Shown: positions 37,879 through 53,819 of the stretch, in pieces
Layout of the letters: every line of letters starts with the position of its first letter
How positions within the stretch are numbered: position 1 is the stretch's first letter
Source: Trichoplax adhaerens
Lineage: Eukaryota; Animalia; Placozoa
Reading direction: 5' to 3'
NCBI RefSeq assembly: GCF_000150275.1
Contig: NW_002060956.1
Span: 1,424,280 to 1,488,279, forward strand
DNA: 64,000 nt
Notes under the pieces: generated by a model
What the model was told of the DNA's origin: nothing
What the model saw: the letters and a program-made list of their open reading frames with translations, nothing else
Database searches by the model: none
Program-made: the position numbers and the translations under genes

Positions 37879-39837
37879 TAAGTATTCTGACTACAAGGAG
37901 TGTTTTCAAATTTTTGGTAGATGGCATAAGGTTATTATCCATGAAAAATATTGTATATATATATATATATAGGAATTGTATGCTTTGTCTTATAAAATGT
38001 ACAATTATTATTATTAATCATTTACTACTAAGCTTATTGATACCAAAAATGTATATGGTTTATGAAAGAGTTTACTACTAAAAATTAATGTAATGTCCGA
38101 TGCTACTACATGAGTGAAATAGACATATTTGTGAATAAGTATATATCACGTTATTTAAACCTTAAGATAACTCATAAGGTCAAATAATAAAAAGTGTTTC
38201 AAGTGCGTTGCTTTATTACAAGTCTTAAATAATTTTAATTACTATCCGAAATATTCTTATCGTTAATCATAAAATAAGGATGACCCTGGTAGACGGTATT
38301 TCTCCTATTTATGTGTACGCGTACATGAAAGTACTAATTGCTTAATAACTGGAGCGCTGAAATTGATAGCAAAATTAAACCATGAATTGTTATATTAAAC
38401 TTTCGATTCTGTATACAAATTTCCACATAGTTTGCTATTCAATGTTTCATCGAATTCAAAATTTCAATAAAATTTCAAATAAATTACCGAGGCAGAATAA
38501 CTCATTCTGTTGCCGTAAGAACTTTTCTTTGACATAACGTACCGTAATCTTCTCTAGTCAGCCTTAAAAATTTTTTAATTCGTATCGCAATGTAAAAGAT
38601 ATCTATCAGTCTATTGCTGAATCAAAATAATAAATTGTACCGGTTAGACAATCACACGCTTTAGAACTATTCCATTATAAAGAGAGAATTCCTCAACATT
38701 AATTGGGGTAATTCTCCCTTCTAAGCTTCGAATATATTACAATATTGTAGTTGAAAAGGTATCAAAGCTATCAGTAAATCAAAATAGTAAATTGCCTTGG
38801 ATAAAAGTCTATCAGCTTAATCTGTAATAGGCGGGTATTGCGTATAGGATAATGAAACTCTGATGTACTGCTTCCGGCACCCCGTAATATGAAGCATAAA
38901 AATAACACAGTAGAAAAAGCTTTACAAATTTCCAATTTACTGTATGTACGATAAAATTCGTGGCCCAACGGTGTGCATCAGATATTGCAGTCATTTGTCC
39001 TGTCAAATACATTCGAATATGTAGTAATCAATTTATCTTTATATAATTTCATTTATTTAAAGAATTTGTCATTTCCTATTCGCCGATACCTTCGCAGCGT
39101 CTGTACAGTCGTCATAACGCAAAAATTTTTAAAATATCAGCCGATATTTCATGTACAGTAGATTATAAATGACAAGTACATCATACTTGTATTTCAGCTG
39201 AACATAGTTCGGATGTAGTTTCCGATGGAGCACAATATACATGATGTGTACAGTACTTCCATTGAAGTTCGTCAAAGTAACAAGATATCTTGGTATGTAC
39301 GGCACTAGCTAAATCGTACAGTGGTTGCTTATAAAGGGCACTATTTAAACTTATATCAAATCTTATTCTTGATTACGGACAAAATAGACATAGATAAAAA
39401 GAGTCTCTATTGAGTCGATCGTATCCATGTATACTAAGCCACATTTATCTAAAAAGGGTTACTATAACCTAGAAAACGAATACTACGAAGGAATAGCAGA
39501 ATCTAATACGGAGACTTTATCGGTAAAATAGACTACAGTATTTCATTATAAAGTTATACATAGCTAAGTTTCAGTACTCCTATGCAGTCACAAGAATCGG
39601 TTTGACATTATTATAAAACTATTGTTGTTGCTAAGATTTTTACTATTTTCAAAGAGATCCACTATCGTGCCTGTTCTGGAGTACCACTGTTGTTATTAAA
39701 ATATTTAAAACTCGCTCGTAGTAGCCTAAAAATAGTGAAAATAGGCTCTAATTAGATTATATATACAGTAGGATATAACAAATGAAATAAAGCATCATTT
39801 ATGTAAAGGAATTAATGAATACTGTAACCTACTTTCT

Positions 39838-42800
39838 TTATTTATGAGACTTGGTTGCATCTTTTGGCTTCTTGTATTCCACTTTTAATTTCTTTCCATA
39901 GACCATCATACCGTTTAATGTAGAAATTGCATGATGGGCAGACGAAGCATTGTCATAGCTTACAAAGCCTAACAGGGTAAGAAAAATTACACTTTATTGA
40001 GAGCGCAAGTGAATAACAGATACCTCAACAGCACAATAGTACTTTTGTTGTTATTATAACTAGGTGAATGTTTATAACAAATAGCTAACATAAGCATGTT
40101 ATGTAACTAGTCGAAATAATTGGAAAGGCATCTTTGAAATATTTTATGATTCATTTTATTGTCACTAATTGTAAAAAATCTATCAATTAGTTTTTGACTT
40201 TAAACTTACCAAAACATTTACTTTGCTTCGTTATTTTATTAATATACACCTTCGCACTAACCACATTACCATAAGGTGCAAAAATATTATGGAGGTCATA
40301 ATCTGTGAACTCTGGTGGCAAATGGTAAATAAATAAATTACAGCCAGCAGGTCCTAGTCAAAAATAAAAAATTATAATTAATACTTTAACAATTATGAAT
40401 GATTTCATACGTATTTCTTAGTTATAATAAAAACAGGGTCAAAATTGCAATTACCTTCCTTAGGGGATACTGTACTCGCCGAAACCGAAGCAGCATTGTG
40501 ATTGAAAGGTGCATATTGGGCTATCAAATATTTGACTATGTATGAGTATTATAGGTATCTCAGTACAAACAGTAATAGAGTACAAATGCTCACTTACCAC
40601 TGTAGGGAGATTGAATTTGATCCACCAATCCGTTAATGTTAATTTGATACCCAGGGAAGCCATATCCAACAGCACCAGCAGATCCGGTAACAACATTAGA
40701 GTTGTTTTGAGTCGTTGTTGCTAAGGAACGATTCGATAACAGCTAGTATTAATATTATTTTATAGCTACAATTTATAACAAATCCCGGAAAATAAATTAC
40801 TGCATGACTAATAAAGAACCGTTGACTTTGTGTTTATAATGATGAAAGTATCACCATATGTGTGTAAGTAAAAACGAATAAGATGATTTATTATTTCTAT
40901 TGCTGTAAAGTTACCAGGAAAAGTAACTGAAGTTTGGGGGTGAGACATTGAGGTTGAATTATGCGAATGACTTCCAGCATTAAGTCGGTGATTAGCTGTA
41001 TATTGACCCATTAATCCTACATGTACACCATAATTTTGATTGGAGTTATTTTGTTGCTGCATAGCTGGTTGAAGGGCAAACTGTAAAATAAATGTGATCG
41101 TTACCATGTGATATACGCATGACAATACAGGTAAAAAAATTTGCTATGTAAAGAAAGAGCTGTTTCACAATTGAGAGCGAGACTATATAAAAGTAGTACC
41201 GCTGAAAGTAATGAAATTTCATATCGTGCGATCAACAAAGTAGCAAACAGTAAGTATGTCTGATACTTCAGAGTACGTGTTGGTGTTTGTGATTTACAGC
41301 TCCAAGTTTTAATTAAAGTTGTGGTTTTGAACTGTTAGATGGCATAAACGAATTCTAGCGAGTGTTGTAGGTCACTCGTATAATAGTATAAATAATTAAT
41401 ATTAGCTTACCTGCCCATAGGATCCATAATTATTATACTGCGGAGCATATGATGCATATTGTCGACCGAAATTTACGATATGATTATTCGATGCATTTTT
41501 TTGCATCTTTCTGATATATTTATCTTTTTCTGTATCAGCAAATTTAACTACCAACTGATGAGATGCACCCTGTAAATGTATAACAATAGAATATGAGTAG
41601 TTAAGGCAATACCCATAATATCTACACTAAATGTTAAATACTTTTACTTACAGGCATATTACGGCTACCATGTAAATTCTGAATAGCTACTTGAGCTTCA
41701 GACTTAGTCGAAAATTTTACAAAACCACATCCTAGCGACAGGCAAATAAATAAGTTATTTTGAATGGAGAAAGCTGCTATCCCGTTAACCTGTTTATTTA
41801 ACATATTTTAGTTATACTATATTTACCTTTACTAGAGCCGTCTATAGCTCTCAAAATAGTTACTTCTTCAATGCTACCATAGGGTGAAAACATAGATTTT
41901 AATTCATTTTCATCATCTAATTTACCCAACATTCCAACGAACAATTTTCTTTCTTCTATAAAAATATCAGAGAAATCATTTCAACCTGGTGATAGATTCA
42001 TACGAAATAGCAACTAAACATCATTTATGGTACTTGCTGTGGTAAGCTGACAACGCAGTGATAGTAATAAGTAAAAGTGTTTTATTGTGATTTCTGTATA
42101 ATGGCTAAGTCTATTTTTATCATTGTTGAATAATAGAATTTTACCACTTGCTCTTATTGCTATAAAATTAAAACCGAAGTATTGATAATCTCTTAAATAG
42201 TGGACAGTATTTACATTCTGAAATGTTACCTCGATTTTCACAGTCCGCTGGCTTAACTTGCATTGGCCTTGGCATCTTAATATATCAAATATAGTATATT
42301 ATTAGTACGATTAAATTCTATTTGGTATAAAAACTACCCTAAACCGCATCTAAAAAATGTCTCAATAACCATATTGATCTTAGAATTTGTCTCGATTAGG
42401 CTCATTTCTTAAATGAATATAAAATTTAATATCATTTGCAATCATAATCAGAAATAACACTGTATCGGCGATGGCACCTAGAATTGTATAGTATTTATTA
42501 ATTAATTTTTAAAAAGCTATGAAATCCTTGTTAAAACTGCAATTGATTGATAAATATTTTGCAAAGGCATTCAACTTTCGAGTCATCTTCTTTGTATAGA
42601 TTTTATCTACTAAAGTGTCACGCCAGAATTGCAAGGTCAAAAATTTACTAGGGTATTTACAACATTTCCAAATTAAATAAAACTATTAAAAAGTTTTACT
42701 ATTGAAGATAGAACATAAAACTACTTAGTGATATGTTATCTTTTTGCAGTAAATTGTAATCATTGCTATATTTGTATTATGTGCATTATTTCGCTTGATT

Positions 42801-45800
42801 TCATTATCACTTGGGTTTCTATAATTTATCGTTCTTTGAATAAATTTTCTTTCGATGCTTATTACTGCTAATTTAGTTCACTTATACGCACATGTCAACT
42901 TCCATGGAAGATTATCGACAGTTTAGATCTGTAAACAAATTTTAACTTGCAGTTTGACGAAAACAACTTACTCCTGATAAAACTTTCTTTTCATGGAAAG
43001 CTGACTGAGCAGCTTCGGCACTAGATTTCTTACAATATGTTACAAAAGCACATCCTAAAACATAAAATAAAAGCATAGAAGAATGGAAAGATTACTTTTA
43101 TGCAGAGTACAGTCATCGAAAAATATAAAACAAAAATAAATTAATCCTCTTCATTAGTATCATGAACTGAATGACTTTTACATCAATAACTACTATAACA
43201 ATATTGGTCTGTACTTGTACGTTAATGTATGAAAATATCAGTTTTAGCCCAAAGTAATGTCAATGTTGGCAACGTGAATTTCCGTAATTGCTAACTTAAC
43301 CTATGCATCTAAGAGGGAAGAGATGATGTACCCATACCAACAGCGAACGATGCCACGAATAGTATAAAGAACTGTGCCTATTGCAATCCTGAAATTGTCA
43401 TAGTGTTATGTGCAGCATCCATATAGTATGCTACGGTATAGTAATCGTTGCAACAATTATGTGACTGATCTTTAAAGATCTAGGCACTCACGGTCATATA
43501 ATTTGCAACATTTTTAATTGGAAATTGTCGTTGTGTAACAGTTATCTAAGTTAATGATTTGAAATAGACTTTACGACACTAAACTGGCCAGATTACAACA
43601 CGATGTAACATTTTCTCTTTTCATAAAGTCTCTTAATTTTTGACTCTACAAAGACAGTGATACGAACTTAGTATCAGTTGCTCCGTTGTAGATTGCTAAA
43701 TATAAGGTACATAAAACCGTTAAATTCAATTCTCAACAAACAAGAATGCCTTGTTGAATCGATGAAATGAAAAGCACTAAGCATGCTACTTACATTATGC
43801 AGTCAAAGACTGCTAGCAATATATCAATGTCATTTTAGTAGCCTATGGTACAGCATATTGTATAATGCGTAACCCCCCAAAATTGAAGATTTCTTTTCGA
43901 TATTGTAGTTGTAGTCTACTGTAGTATGGATTCAATTACACCGTCTATACAGGCTACAGCACAATCCATAGTAGTACAAACTGCATTTTATCATGCTGCG
44001 TCATGACAACCTGTCAAATTCAATTTTGAAGCTGTAGTGCTCATGAATAAGAAATAATTGCAGTATTTCGTTCTACAGATAAATCGGTTTATTTATACCT
44101 ATCCTGATTTTATTATTTTTATAAGATAAAGTGGTATGTTTCTTTCGGACCTTTCTATGACTTCATTTTCATCCATGGAGTAGAGTACAGAGATAATTAA
44201 TGATTTTCTTGCCTAGCTTACTCATTTTTTCCTAGGCTCCAATTGCTCTCCGTATTCGATTGATTGTAATAATAGGGCATGCGCTCATCAGTGAAGCTAG
44301 GAGAATAACGCAGCAGGGAACCAGGGAGTTCATGTCATTAATTCAAAAATGCATTTAAATGCAGTTATAGCTGATGATGTTGTACAATAAGGCAGATTGT
44401 AGAATTTATCTGACTAAAGTTAATCCATGCTCCAGAATCCATCCTGACACGATCTATATTAATGGCCTGTCATTGTAATAGCGAGAAGACTAGGAGATTG
44501 ATTTAATCATTACTCAATTAAGTTAAGAGAAAATTAATGACCCTATACTAAAGTATTTGATCAATAATTAAATATCTCTCTCTATATATATACTGTATAA
44601 TATAATTGTAATAGCCATTGGCTTCTTTGTAGGCGCATGTATTTTCCAATACTGAGTCCGTTGCGCTGTTCCTAGGTGTGATCATTGGACCAAACGGTAC
44701 AGTACTGCCTGACTGTGGATTAGAATTACAATACGTGCACAACAGTGGTCACCTTCGTATCGGGCACAGTATAGGTAGTCACGCGTAGTCGCTCAAGAAG
44801 GAGAAACAAGTCAAACTTGACCATGGCTAATCATGAATTGTATGATTCTTGTCAAGGCTGGATAACGTCTACTACAATATGCAGTATCCGGCATTTAGTG
44901 CTTGCAGATCTATGGTAGCCGATTGTGATGGAGAAATATCGTCAAGGAGATTTGACTAGGGGCAATCCGATGCAGAACACACTTTGATACTTTGTTTCGT
45001 TTTTACAATGCACATTGGACTTCTTTGATTGGCTGCAGCAACACGCTGGTGAGCCACAGTCCTTCCAGTCCAGTACAGTACTGTAAGGCTGCTACTGTAC
45101 TGTAGCGTTGAGTGAAAAAGCTCTTTCAAAGTGTTGACTACAGTACTACAATGGACTGTAGATTTTCTATTTGTTCTGGGGGTCCATGCGACGATGGGAC
45201 CATGCAAGAGATTCTTTTTCTACAGAATCAGATCCTCGATAAATTTTTAATTTTCAACTGCAAATAATTTTCCTTTTGTCGTTATTATCAAGGCAAATGA
45301 TTGAAGAATGAAAACGGTGTTCTGACGAGATCTGGAATCAGTATCCGATTGCAAGTTATTCCAACCACGGATGATTGCAGACAGGAGACCTCGACAACAA
45401 AAACTTGGCGATTCTGCAATGCTCTCTACTGTATAGTACAGGACAATATGACAGTACAAAACTTAGTTGATTATTTAGCTGTTCGAGTGGCAGTGAGATT
45501 AGTCAAACTAGACATCGTCGTCTTCAAGTTCACCGAACCTACAGTACTCATCGTACATGACCAAACAGTACTTTTACGATGGCGACACAGTGTCGTCAAG
45601 ATCGAGCCAAGAAAGCATACCGTAGTTGGCTCAGACAAATATTTGTCTCAATTGTCACATGTTACTGTTAAAACTCAGTCTGGAACTGCAAAGTGCTGAC
45701 ACTATTCTTCCCTAGTGTACAGCAGCCGGCACAAGTGCCTACGACTGCGTACAGTCTACTATACTCTATGTCCAGAGTGAATTGCAGCACTGGCAGTGCA

Positions 45801-46985
45801 GCAGTTTGGACTCGTTCCATTATGACAATGCCACCAATTCAGCATTCATACTGTACTAAGACTGACTGGGAATCGTGCACACTGCACTGTGCAGTGGCAT
45901 TAACACATTGATTAGAAGGGGCATTTCTAAAAAATGATTCATCAAAAAATTCTTGTCCAAAAAATGAATTGAAAGTGAGGAGTTTGACCCTCACTAATCT
46001 ACGTGTAGGGTCTGCTTGGTGTCTATCTATTTTCCATGCTTGTGAGTTACTGTACTCTCTGTGCAAATGGTGATCACTGGCATGAAACAAACAGTGGATC
46101 GAGTGTTGTCAATGCTCAGACTTTACAATTATTCAGATGACGTCTAAAAGTTGTTCACAACCCTTACAGTGTCTTCAAGCACAATATCTCGTATGCTATA
46201 CTGTCTGCCGCACCATCAATGATACACAACGAATCGCAAAACCAAAGGACATGACAGTATTTGAAGATAAAGCCAACACTGCTGTACAGCTTGTGCCTAT
46301 TGTTGCAGACAGTATACTGTACGGAACATCAAGTCATCCATTAGAACTGTCCATGGTTGGGTCTACAATATCATTCTTTCCTCCATATCAAGATGCAAAA
46401 TCACTTCTTTACAGGCGATACTGTTCTCTACTGTGGAATGATCGTTGCTGACCAACAATACATCTATCATTAAAATGCCAATGATATACGCACAGATGTG
46501 TCGAGATGAAGTATTTTAAATGCTATAACAGCAGCACCAGTTTCCATCATTTTTTTACTTGACTACAGTCTACTGTATACTATCGTTTTACAAAGTTATT
46601 GGGTCACTTGGGTGTCTCTCATCTCCACTTTCGTCATGCACTATACTATAGTAAAAAGACTAGGGATGAAGTGAAATTGATAGTATCAGCTCGTAAACTC
46701 ATGAGCAAGTGGCCAATGCATGTTGAATCGCTTATGCATCTACTTGTTTAACCTACCTTTATGTTGTTTGGTAGTTCGATCTTTGATAACAGCTAACTCG
46801 TAGATCGGACCAAATTGATCAAATAATGAATGGAGATCTTCTTCCGTACAGTCGCGTGGCAGTTGACCGACAAACAATTTGATTGCGTCCTTATCTTTTA
46901 CGGCGCTTGTTATTTGTAATGAATCATTTCCATTGCTATCGACGGATGTTGTCGGTCCATTACTACTGTTACCAGGTGCTGCCAT
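39838..46985 (-). CDS. CELF: CELF/Bruno-like RNA-binding protein (3 RRMs, CELF3-6 type), about 11 exons
   Basis: [15 protein letters not shown]...[17 protein letters not shown]|CAFVTYC...|[15 protein letters not shown]|[10 protein letters not shown]...|CGFVKF...|[15 protein letters not shown]...KEG|[17 protein letters not shown]...SKCFG|[10 protein letters not shown]...[12 protein letters not shown]...*. Confidence 0.95.
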
Positions 46986-46989
46986 TACT

Positions 46990-47700
46990 CACTTTCGCTG
47001 ACTGACTCTTGGAGTCGCTTCCTATCACCTGATAATTATGTACGTAATTTGCAAGATCTGCGATGACAGCGATGCGTGTTATCGACTATACTGTAACTTT
47101 GGAACACAGTACAGTATTATCCAACACAGCTACAGTAAAAGTTAGCTTGAACAAAGTGGCTACTGTACACTACTACAGTACTGTACTACAGTACAGTAGC
47201 GACTCCACTCAACGTTGAAATTGTACCGTACTGTAGAGATTGGATTACCCGCTGAAAAGAAAAATGAGTACAGTACTGCAGTTTTCCGCCACCACGGTGA
47301 CACAAAGTACAAACGTGCCAAAGTGCACCACTAGTCGACTACACCACAAGCGAGTTCAGCCGATAGCAGTCTACTGGTCCTACAGTCTCCACTACAGTCA
47401 AGCACAAGTACTATGCCACTAGCAAAGCACTCTGCCATTCAGATCACGTGGTGTACTGACGTCATGAACTCATCGCTACATCATGGACATGGACGAGTTG
47501 ATGGCCCATGCTGAACTCTACAGTACTCAGTACTGTAGTACAGTACCCTAGTGTACAGTACAGTACCGTACTGTAATGCATGCTAGGGACTTGTGTACAG
47601 TACTCTGCACTCTACTCTACACTGTACAGTCTTGAGTCTTTCTGTCGCTTGGGTACTCTACTGTTACACTATTTACTGCATTTTTCTCATTCACTGGCGA
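46990..47700. promoter_or_regulatory. Probable bidirectional promoter region for CELF and Smad4, with E-box CACGTG (47445-47450) and CRE TGACGTCA (47457-47464)
   Basis: Head-to-head gene orientation, locally higher GC/CpG, and two palindromic consensus sites 6 bp apart flanked by TACAGTA/TACTGTA clusters. Confidence 0.5.
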
Positions 47701-50015
47701 TTTGGCCAAGAAACAGGATCGACTCCAATCTCAGCGCAACCTTGTTTAAAGAAGTGGATGCATTTTATAAGTTTGCAACTGGACTAGGGATCCAAGCTTA
47801 TCATTTCATGACTGATAAAATAGTTATAGAAAGATCTTATTGATACTCTGGCTGGTTTATTGAATGAACAATTTGCCAAAACGATACAAGGTAAGCTCAA
47901 GTAAATCAAGTAGATATTATAAATACACAACTGTGTCAAGGGAAAGACCAAACCAACTGGAGCCAATTGCATTTTGTCTTGTTTTCAATAAGGCTGCCAT
48001 GGATTATTCACCTCGAACGATACGAGTACTCTACTGTACTGTACTGTACATTATTAGAATTGCCTAATCAGCAATCCACCGATGTACTGTAAAGATCAGC
48101 ACGTTACCCGCCTTTATAGAATGATTTACTGTTGAAATAGATAGGAAATGATGTTTCTTTTTGATCATTACACTACATAACTTGATAGATATTGATAGAT
48201 GCGACATCAACATGACTAACTTAATATCAAGTTGGTTAGCGTGAAAGGAGACAAGACTGAAGCACAGAATACTGTAGCGTCTACTGACGCAGTTCTAAAA
48301 AGTATCGACATACACAGTACAGTAGATATCCCGTATAGCGTGCAGTCGGAGAATACTCTGAAATACAAGTACTATTACTTGACGAGCAATCAGTTTACCA
48401 CTAGGAAAGGGAGCAAGTACGTTGCATCATTGTTGCATGGCTTAAAGCTAAAAATGGCTGTGTCAGCCATCGGAGTTGAACCATGCAAAGCTATACTTCT
48501 TTACTTTAAATATACTGTACAATCAATTGAGATGATACTGTGAGTCGTTTACAGGATAGCTATTTAATTAATTTATAATTAGATATTAAAATGATAGTGT
48601 ACGGTAGACGCTTTCATACAAATTTTTATGCGTTGCTTGGTGTCTATCATGAAAACTGGATGATATTGACTACTGAAATCAAATCTAAAAGTGAACTATT
48701 CTATGTAGCATAACTGGAAACCGAATCTTAGTCTTTTTTTTTTAATCCATGTTATTTGTTATTAAAGCATTCATTTATATTAACAGTATAGTGTAGATCA
48801 ACAAGCACATCCGATAGCTTAGTGCACACTATAGCTAAATCAATGTATACTGTCCGTACAGTATCGCTCTAGTCGGATGTCTGTGTTGATGATGTGAAAT
48901 TTGCTCGTTTTTCAGTACAGATTAATAAGAATATATACTTCACTTTGCACACACTAATGTGATATAGTGCAATTGCTAAATGTGCATTGAATCCGTTAAT
49001 TTATGGATCTTCAAATTAAGCAATAGTAACAAAGTTCAAATTTCACGTTAAACATTCAAAAAGTTAATGAATACAATCGTATTATCTTATTATTGCATTC
49101 ATTCCTGTATCAACCATCTAATGATGTAGTTTACTAGCCTGTATGAATTTTGTTCTAGAGTATACTGCACTTCAATTGGTACTGTACTGAATACAGTAAT
49201 TCATTATAGGGGAATGATAGTATAAGTTTCATTCACCGCATGATATTTTTATTTTCTTGTACTTGCTCGCCATTTTATCAATCGATCAAGAGCGTATCTT
49301 GACAAAAATGTAACATTGACATTTTGTTATTATTAAACAATGTGTACAGTACAGTATAAGTACGTAGAGTACAGTACAGTCCCGATACGGTGGTGCTTGT
49401 ACTGTACAGTACAGTACAGTCCATTTCTTATCTCGATAGAGGCGTGTAAGGATAAGGATAGGTCGGCATTTCCAAGCATTGGAGGTAGCGTCGTTTAGAC
49501 TGACTGTACAGTACTGTACCAGTACTAACGCTAACGTACTACGCGTATGAATTTGCTCTTTACAAGGCCTTGACTGTATCCGTAAATCTAAAATAACTTA
49601 TCACATTTATGATTGATCATGATTGATGTAAGAGAAAGATATTTATTTATTTAAGATTACAAGTTCGCAATGCCAAGAACTGAAATTGGCGCAACATCAA
49701 TCTACTTTAAAATTAACATGATACTGCATAAATAAGAGTAATGCTTTGAAGTGTACATTACATGAGTTGAGTTAGAGGTTAAATTAATTTAAACTAACAG
49801 CATTACTATATTAGTAGAGATTCGATATCATTCTCGTTCTCAAGTTTCCTGCTTTTACTACCTACTCTACTTACGATGATAGTACTGTGTGAACAGTGCA
49901 GTCTTGCGTGTGCCTTGTTTGCAAGCATTTCAAATATGTCGTGTACAGTGCAATGCTGTGCCTAGTCAAAATCAGGTCGTTCGCCTTTCCTCGATCTGAA
50001 GTACAGTAGGTAGTA

Positions 50016-50067
50016 ACCAGGGACAACTTCAGGTCAAAAATATTTTTGACCTGAAATTGTCCCTGGT
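50016..50067. other. 52-bp near-perfect palindrome
   Basis: ACCAGGGACAACTTCAGGTCAAAAAT|ATTTTTGACCTGAAATTGTCCCTGGT; one mismatched pair and no spacer. Confidence 0.95.
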
Positions 50068-50608
50068 ACTAAATGTATAACCAGCGTATTCTTTCTCGTA
50101 AACAGCCACTAGTATTATATAAACTACAACCTTGAATCTATAAATAGATATGGATTAAATTTAGCTACTTCAAGGATTAACTGCGTGCAATTTTATCTAC
50201 CAACTTGAATTAATATAGTAAATGAACGTAGTACGATGCCGTGAAATTATAATCGTATAAAAGTATATTAATTGATATGATGACTACTGTCGACTTTTTG
50301 TAATGCTTACAATTATCAACATATTAATAAACTATGAATACTAGAATGAATTGAAGTTACCCTCAGTTCTAGCTGTGCATCTACTGTACCAAGGTGCAAA
50401 CGTCATTGTATAAAGAGAATCAGTATTGTAATTTATATGAAACCGTGATATCATTTCCTGTCGTAATTTTTATACACTGTTAACATACAACGTAAACGTA
50501 TAATTCAATTACCAAAGTATAGCATATTGAAATTTTCCTTTACTTATTATATTGTGCAGATTATCAGCAGCAGTCAAATCGCAAGATTTACGGGGCGACG
50601 CTTACATC

Positions 50609-53819
<3,211 letters not shown>

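Noticed and set aside
44548-46451. Several 60-130 aa ORFs inside CELF intron 1
   Set aside because: No recognisable domains or consistent exon structure; more likely GC-richer regulatory intron sequence.
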